From Rugamonas rivuli (lineage in GTDB: Bacteria; Pseudomonadota; Gammaproteobacteria; Burkholderiales; Burkholderiaceae_D): a DNA stretch of 24,000 nt. Location of the stretch: assembly GCF_009380165.1 (NCBI RefSeq), contig NZ_WHUF01000009.1:131768-155767 (forward strand), in the 5' to 3' direction. The notes beneath the pieces are model-generated. The model was not told the DNA's origin. It saw only the letters and a list, made by a program, of their open reading frames with translations, and made no database searches. The position numbers and the translations under genes are program-made. Below are positions 20,013 to 24,000 of the stretch, one piece after another. Within the stretch, counting starts at the first letter, position 1. Every line of letters starts with the position of its first letter.

Positions 20013-22187
20013 TCAGCACACTCCGCCGGCCGGCTGCAGAGGCATCGGCGCCGCGACCTCCGGCTCGGCCAGGCCGTGCAGCTGCCAGTAGTGGCGGAAG
20101 GCCGAGCGGATGTTGTCGCGCAGCGTGCGGTTGTCCCAGGGCTTGGTGTAGAAGCGGTACAGGGCGCCGCGGTTGATCGACTCCATGATGGTCTTCAGGT
20201 CGGTGTAGCCGGACAGGATGATGCGGAAGGTGTCCGGGTACATATGCTTGATCTTGTCGAGCAGGTCGGTGCCGCTCATCTCTTCCATGCGCTGGTCGCA
20301 CAGGATCAGCTGCACCTGGTGCTCGGCCAGCAGCTGGAAGGCCTGGGCCGCGCCGTTGGCGGCCAGCACCCGGTAGCCGTCCTGGCGCAGCAGGCGCTGC
20401 AGCGCGGTCAGCACATGCGGTTCGTCGTCGATGATCAGCAGCGTGCGCTCGGGCGCGTTGCCGGCGTCGGCCGGCAGTTGCAGGCGGACGCCGTCGCGCA
20501 GCAGTTGCTCCATCTGCTCCGCCGGCAGCGGCCGGCTGAAGTAATAGCCCTGGATCTGGTCGCAGCGGTGGCGGCCCAGGTAGGCCAGCTGGGCCGCCGT
20601 CTCCACGCCTTCGGCCACCACGTCCAGCTTCAGGCTGTGGGCCATGGCGACGATGGCGTCGACCACGGCGGCGTCGTCCGGGCTGCTGGTCACTTCGCGG
20701 ATGAAGGCGATGTCGATCTTCAGCGTGTCGACCGGGAAGCGCTTCAGGTAGGCCAGGCTGGAGTAGCCGGTGCCGAAGTCGTCGATGGCGATGCGCACGC
20801 CCATCGCGCGCAGCTCGGCCAGCGTGGCGGCGGTGCGGCCGATGTCGTCCATCAGCGCGCTCTCGGTCACTTCCAGCGACAGCAGGCCGGGATCGATGCC
20901 GTGGCGGGCGATGGCGGCGGCCACCGTCTGCTCCAGCTTGGCGTCGGCGAACTGGCGGCTGGCGACGTTGACGGCGATCGGCAGCGGGCCGTTGCTGAGC
21001 TGGGCCCAGGCGGCGATCTGGCGGCACGCTTCGTCGATGGCCCAGGCGCCGACCTGCACGATCAGGCCGGTGCGTTCGAGCAGCGGAATGAACTCGCCCG
21101 GCGACACCCGGCCATGGCCCGGCCGGTTCCAGCGCAGCAGCGCTTCGGCGCCGACGATGCGGCCGCTGCTGATCTGCGCCTTGGGCTGGTAGTGCAGTTC
21201 GAACTCGCCATTGACGCAGGCTGCGCGCAGCGCGTGTTCGAGCTGGTAGCGGCTTTGCGCCTGCTGGTTCATGGCGCTGGTGAAGTAGCAGCAATGGTCG
21301 CGGCCTTCCTGCTTGGCCTGATGCAGCGCGATGTCGGCATAGCGTACCAGCGTGGCGACGTCGTCGGCGTCGCCGGGGCAGGTGGCGATGCCGATGCTGA
21401 CCGTCAGCGTGGTCGGCCCGGCCGGCAGTTCGAACGGCAGGTGCAGCGCGGTGCGGATCTGGTCGGCCACGGCGCTGGCTTGCGGTATCTGTTCGAGCGC
21501 CGGCAGCAGCAGGGCGAATTCGTCGTTGCCGAGGCGGCCGATGGCGGCCTGCGGCGGCGCCAGCGCCTTCAGCCGCTGGGCGAACTGGTGCAGCAGGGCG
21601 TCGCCGGCGGCGTGGCCCAGGGTGTCGTTGACGGCGGTGAAGCCGTCGAGGTCGATCAGCAGCAGCGCGCTGGCGCGCGGCCAGGCCGCCGCCAGCTGGT
21701 GTTCCAGCGAGGCGGCGAACAGCTGGCGGTTCGGCAGGCCGGTCAGGCTGTCGTGGCTGGCCATGCGGCGGCCGTAGTCGCGGCTGCCGGTGTAGAGCAG
21801 CCGCACCTCCAGCAGGTTGCGGACGCGCGACAGCAGCTCGCTGTAGTCGCAGGGCTTGCCGATGAAGTCCCTGGCGCCGGCCTCCAGCGCGCGCAGCTTG
21901 TAGTCCGGCTCGGCCGACATCACCAGCACCGGCAGGTATTGCTCGGTCTCGATCAGGCGCAGGCTGTCGAGCACCTGGAAGCCGTCCATGTCCGGCATGT
22001 TCAGGTCCAGCACGATCAGGTCGTAGCGGTGCAGGCGGTGCAGCGCGGCCACCGCCGGCGCGTCGCTGGTGGCGCTGACCTCGGTGTAGCCGGCGCTGGC
22101 CAGCAGGTGTTCGAGCACGGTGAGGTTGAGCGGCTGGTCGTCGACGATCAGGATCTTGGCGCTGTGCAGTGGTGTGGTCGGGATCAT
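20013..22187 (-). CDS. REC - degenerate GGDEF - EAL - REC protein (dual-receiver c-di-GMP phosphodiesterase)
   Basis: REC1 runs KILIVDDQ...VLDLNMPDMDG...IGKP. The GGDEF-site sequence is GNDEF, encoded at 21516-21530 and verified from the nucleotides. The EAL motif is encoded at 21138-21146, with the family residues VNVA, EVTE, DDFGTGYSSL, KID, EGVE and QGY intact. The C-terminal REC2 runs LLIIDDEP...ILCDQRMEEMSG...ILSGY...FYTKPW. ATG 22187 overlaps the upstream stop (ATGA). Confidence 0.9.
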   Translation of the reverse strand: MIPTTPLHSAKILIVDDQPLNLTVLEHLLASAGYTEVSATSDAPAVAALHRLHRYDLIVLDLNMPDMDGFQVLDSLRLIETEQYLPVLVMSAEPDYKLRALEAGARDFIGKPCDYSELLSRVRNLLEVRLLYTGSRDYGRRMASHDSLTGLPNRQLFAASLEHQLAAAWPRASALLLIDLDGFTAVNDTLGHAAGDALLHQFAQRLKALAPPQAAIGRLGNDEFALLLPALEQIPQASAVADQIRTALHLPFELPAGPTTLTVSIGIATCPGDADDVATLVRYADIALHQAKQEGRDHCCYFTSAMNQQAQSRYQLEHALRAACVNGEFELHYQPKAQISSGRIVGAEALLRWNRPGHGRVSPGEFIPLLERTGLIVQVGAWAIDEACRQIAAWAQLSNGPLPIAVNVASRQFADAKLEQTVAAAIARHGIDPGLLSLEVTESALMDDIGRTAATLAELRAMGVRIAIDDFGTGYSSLAYLKRFPVDTLKIDIAFIREVTSSPDDAAVVDAIVAMAHSLKLDVVAEGVETAAQLAYLGRHRCDQIQGYYFSRPLPAEQMEQLLRDGVRLQLPADAGNAPERTLLIIDDEPHVLTALQRLLRQDGYRVLAANGAAQAFQLLAEHQVQLILCDQRMEEMSGTDLLDKIKHMYPDTFRIILSGYTDLKTIMESINRGALYRFYTKPWDNRTLRDNIRSAFRHYWQLHGLAEPEVAAPMPLQPAGGVC

Positions 22188-22597
22188 GGACGTAGGCCTC
22201 CGGTGGCGGACGCCGTCGCCGCGCCGCAGGCGGTGGCGATGGCGTCCAGTAACAGTTGATCGTTGACGGGTTTGTTCAGATAGGCCAGCGGCTGGTGCAG
22301 CAGTGCGCGGGCTTGTTCGGCCGGCGTCTGGTGGCCGGTGATCAGGATCACGCCGACCTCGGGCGCCTGCGCCGCCAGCATGGCCTGCACCTCCAGCCCG
22401 GACAGGCCCGGCATGTGCACGTCCAGCACCACGCAGCAGGGATGGCCGCCGTCCAGCGCGGCCAGGAACTCGGCGCCGCCGGCGTAGGCGCGGGCGCTGA
22501 TGCCGGCGGCGCGCATCAGGCGCAGCAGCGCCCGGCGTATCGCGTCGTCATCGTCTACTACGGCTATCCAGGGCGTTGAGGTATTCATGGATGCCAC
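22184..22597 (-). CDS. Stand-alone receiver (CheY-like) response regulator without an output domain
   Basis: The receiver sequence is IAVVDDDD...VVLDVHMPGLSG...ILITGH...YLNKP, with all receiver signature residues present. The start is either GTG 22597 or ATG 22588. The stop overlaps the next gene's ATG. Confidence 0.8.
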   Translation of the reverse strand: MASMNTSTPWIAVVDDDDAIRRALLRLMRAAGISARAYAGGAEFLAALDGGHPCCVVLDVHMPGLSGLEVQAMLAAQAPEVGVILITGHQTPAEQARALLHQPLAYLNKPVNDQLLLDAIATACGAATASATGGLRP

Positions 22598-22622
22598 GAT
22601 AACGCGGTGGTGCGAACGCGGC

Positions 22623-22642
22623 TATTGGACCTTGGGCCAATA
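22623..22642. promoter_or_regulatory. 20-bp imperfect palindrome in the 52-bp gap upstream of the REC/PDE/kinase operon (candidate operator or RNA hairpin)
   Basis: TATTGGACC-TT-GGGCCAATA pairs at 8 of 10 positions, with perfect outer TATTGG/CCAATA arms. It lies 7 nt after the FixJ-type regulator stop and about 45 nt upstream of ATG 22588. No U-tract follows it on the minus strand. Confidence 0.3.
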
Positions 22643-22649
22643 CGGCCGG

Positions 22650-23261
22650 CTAATTCTGCCGCGCGCGGTCGACCAGGCGCACCAGCGCGGTCAGCGAGCG
22701 CACTTGCATTTTCGCCATCACGCGGGCGCGGTGCACCTTGACGGTTTTCTCCACCGTGCCCAGCTGGGCCGCCACCTGCTTGTTCAGCAAGCCTTCGACC
22801 ACCAGGTTGAGCACCTCGGTTTCGCGCGGGGTCAGCGTGGCCAGCCGCGCGCGGATGTCGCCCAGTTCGGCGTCGCCGCTGTGCGCCGCGCGGTGCTGGG
22901 CCAGCGCCGCGTGGATGGCGGCGATCAGGCGCTCGCCGTCGACCGGCTTGGTCAGGAAATCGGCGGCGCCCAGCTTGATCGCGCGCACGCCGGTGTCGAT
23001 GTCGCCGTGGCCGGTCAGGAAGATGATGGGCAGCGTGCTGGCGCGCTGGCCCAGCGCCTGCTGCAGCGCCAGTCCGCCCATGCCGGGCATGGACAGGTCC
23101 AGCACCAGGCAGCCGTCGGCCTCGTGCTGCGCCAGGTCGTCGAGGAAGGCCTGGGCGCCGGCGTAGGCCTGCACCGCGAAGCCGGCCGCGCCGAGCAGGC
23201 GCGACAGCGCCTTCAGCACGGCCGGCTGGTCGTCGACCAGGAACACGCGGCCGGCGCTCAC
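22650..23261 (-). CDS. FixJ/NarL-family response regulator (REC plus LuxR-type HTH)
   Basis: GTG 23261 overlaps the kinase stop (GTGA, 23258-23261). The receiver reads VFLVDDQP...LVLDLSMPGMGG...IFLTGHGD...FLTKP. The C-terminus LTPRETEVLNLVVEGLLNKQVAAQLGTVEKTVKVHRARVMAKM is a LuxR/GerE HTH. The ORF-track start at 23345 lies inside the kinase gene. Confidence 0.85.
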   Translation of the reverse strand: MSAGRVFLVDDQPAVLKALSRLLGAAGFAVQAYAGAQAFLDDLAQHEADGCLVLDLSMPGMGGLALQQALGQRASTLPIIFLTGHGDIDTGVRAIKLGAADFLTKPVDGERLIAAIHAALAQHRAAHSGDAELGDIRARLATLTPRETEVLNLVVEGLLNKQVAAQLGTVEKTVKVHRARVMAKMQVRSLTALVRLVDRARQN

Positions 23262-24000
23262 GGCGCGCTCCCGCCGGCTTCCACCTGCGCCAGCGGCAGG
23301 CGCAGGTGGAAGCTGGCGCCGCGGTCCGGATTGTTCTGCGCCCACAGCGTGCCGTGGTGGGCGGCGGCGATGCTGCGGCAGATCGACAGGCCCAGCCCCA
23401 TGCCGCGCGCCTTGGTGGTGTAGAAGGGATCGAAGATGCGGGGCAGCATGTCCGGCGCGATGCCGGCGCCGTGGTCGATCACGCTGAACTGTACGGCGTC
23501 GCCGTCGCGGGCCACGCGCACCACGATCACGCCGTCGGACGGCTGGGCGTCGCAGGCGTTCATCAGCAGGTTGATCAGCACCTGCTGCAGCTGCACCGGG
23601 TCGGCGTCGACCGCCAGCGCCTCCTCGCCCAGTTCGGCGCGCACGGCCAGGCCGTGGTTGATCAGGTCGTTGCGCACGAGGCGGATCACGCCGACCACCA
23701 GCGCGCCGGCGTCGAGCCGCTGCGGCGGCATGTCCTGCTTGCTGAACAGGCGGCGCAGGCGCTGGATGATGTCGCCGGCGCGCTTGTCCTCGTCGACGAT
23801 GTCGGCCAGGATCTCGGCCACCTCGGCCAGGTCGGGCGCCGGCTGGGCCAGGAAGCGCTGGGCCGCCTGGGCGTTGCTGAGGATGGCCGTCAGCGGCTGG
23901 TTCAGCTCGTGCGCCAGCGCGCCCGACAGCTCGCCCAGCATCGCCACCCGCGACAGGTGGGTCACTTCCTTCTGCTTTTGCAGCACGTCCAGTTCGGCCT
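23258..24000 (-). CDS. Histidine kinase, C-terminal transmitter (FixL/NtrB-like HisKA plus HATPase_c); N-terminus lies outside the window
   Basis: The frame stays open to the window edge. The H-box is LSGALAHELNQPL, the N-box is LINLLMNACDA, and the G-boxes are DHGAGI and GMGLGLSI. The 'M' at 23986 is an internal GTG. Confidence 0.85.
   Translation of the reverse strand, partial: AELDVLQKQKEVTHLSRVAMLGELSGALAHELNQPLTAILSNAQAAQRFLAQPAPDLAEVAEILADIVDEDKRAGDIIQRLRRLFSKQDMPPQRLDAGALVVGVIRLVRNDLINHGLAVRAELGEEALAVDADPVQLQQVLINLLMNACDAQPSDGVIVVRVARDGDAVQFSVIDHGAGIAPDMLPRIFDPFYTTKARGMGLGLSICRSIAAAHHGTLWAQNNPDRGASFHLRLPLAQVEAGGSAP

Noticed and set aside
21516-21530. GGDEF domain of the dual-receiver protein as an active diguanylate cyclase
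   Set aside because: The signature reads GNDEF, with the second Gly replaced by Asn, so I treated the domain as degenerate or regulatory. Only biochemistry can settle this.
19929-22259. 776-aa ORF on the + strand
   Set aside because: It is antisense to the REC-GGDEF-EAL-REC gene, whose EAL and GNDEF codons I verified on the minus strand. It is a shadow ORF.

Overview
This is a GC-rich, almost fully coding bacterial chromosomal segment. The protein families and codon style suggest a beta-proteobacterium (Burkholderiales-like), which I cannot verify here. I saw no rRNA, tRNA, CRISPR array, IS element, integrase or phage gene. The window falls into three blocks. (i) 1-1512 holds the tail of a GcvPB-like PLP enzyme, translationally coupled (ATGA) to an ATP-NAD-kinase-family protein. 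(ii) 1567-14330 is a glycoside-utilisation neighbourhood. A TonB-dependent receptor and a secreted YgjK-like GH63 glucosidase lie on the + strand. They converge, with a 68-bp 3' overlap, on a minus-strand operon of SDR, ebgA, ebgC and an APC permease. The AT-rich divergent control region of that operon (12121-12359) carries a LacI-type operator-like palindrome and is shared with a secreted S9 peptidase. (iii) 14337-24000 is an uninterrupted minus-strand signalling array. In transcription order it reads: FixL-like kinase (partial), FixJ-type regulator, a 20-bp palindrome, REC, REC-GGDEF(degenerate)-EAL-REC, a sensor-less kinase, a di-haem cytochrome c peroxidase, a membrane kinase with a large periplasmic domain, then a PAS-GGDEF cyclase and a secreted SMP-30 lactonase. 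The best candidate for something undescribed is the tightly coupled five-gene operon at 16337-22597. In it a periplasmic di-haem peroxidase sits between two paralogous kinases and is wired to a c-di-GMP phosphodiesterase that has receiver domains at both ends. I read this as a possible periplasmic peroxide/redox-to-c-di-GMP sensing module and know of no characterised equivalent. The second lead is that the cryptic E. coli Ebg-YgjI-YgjK gene association recurs here, extended by an outer-membrane receptor and an SDR. That gives a compartment-resolved hypothesis for the unknown natural Ebg substrate. The very long antisense ORFs in the track are high-GC shadow ORFs.
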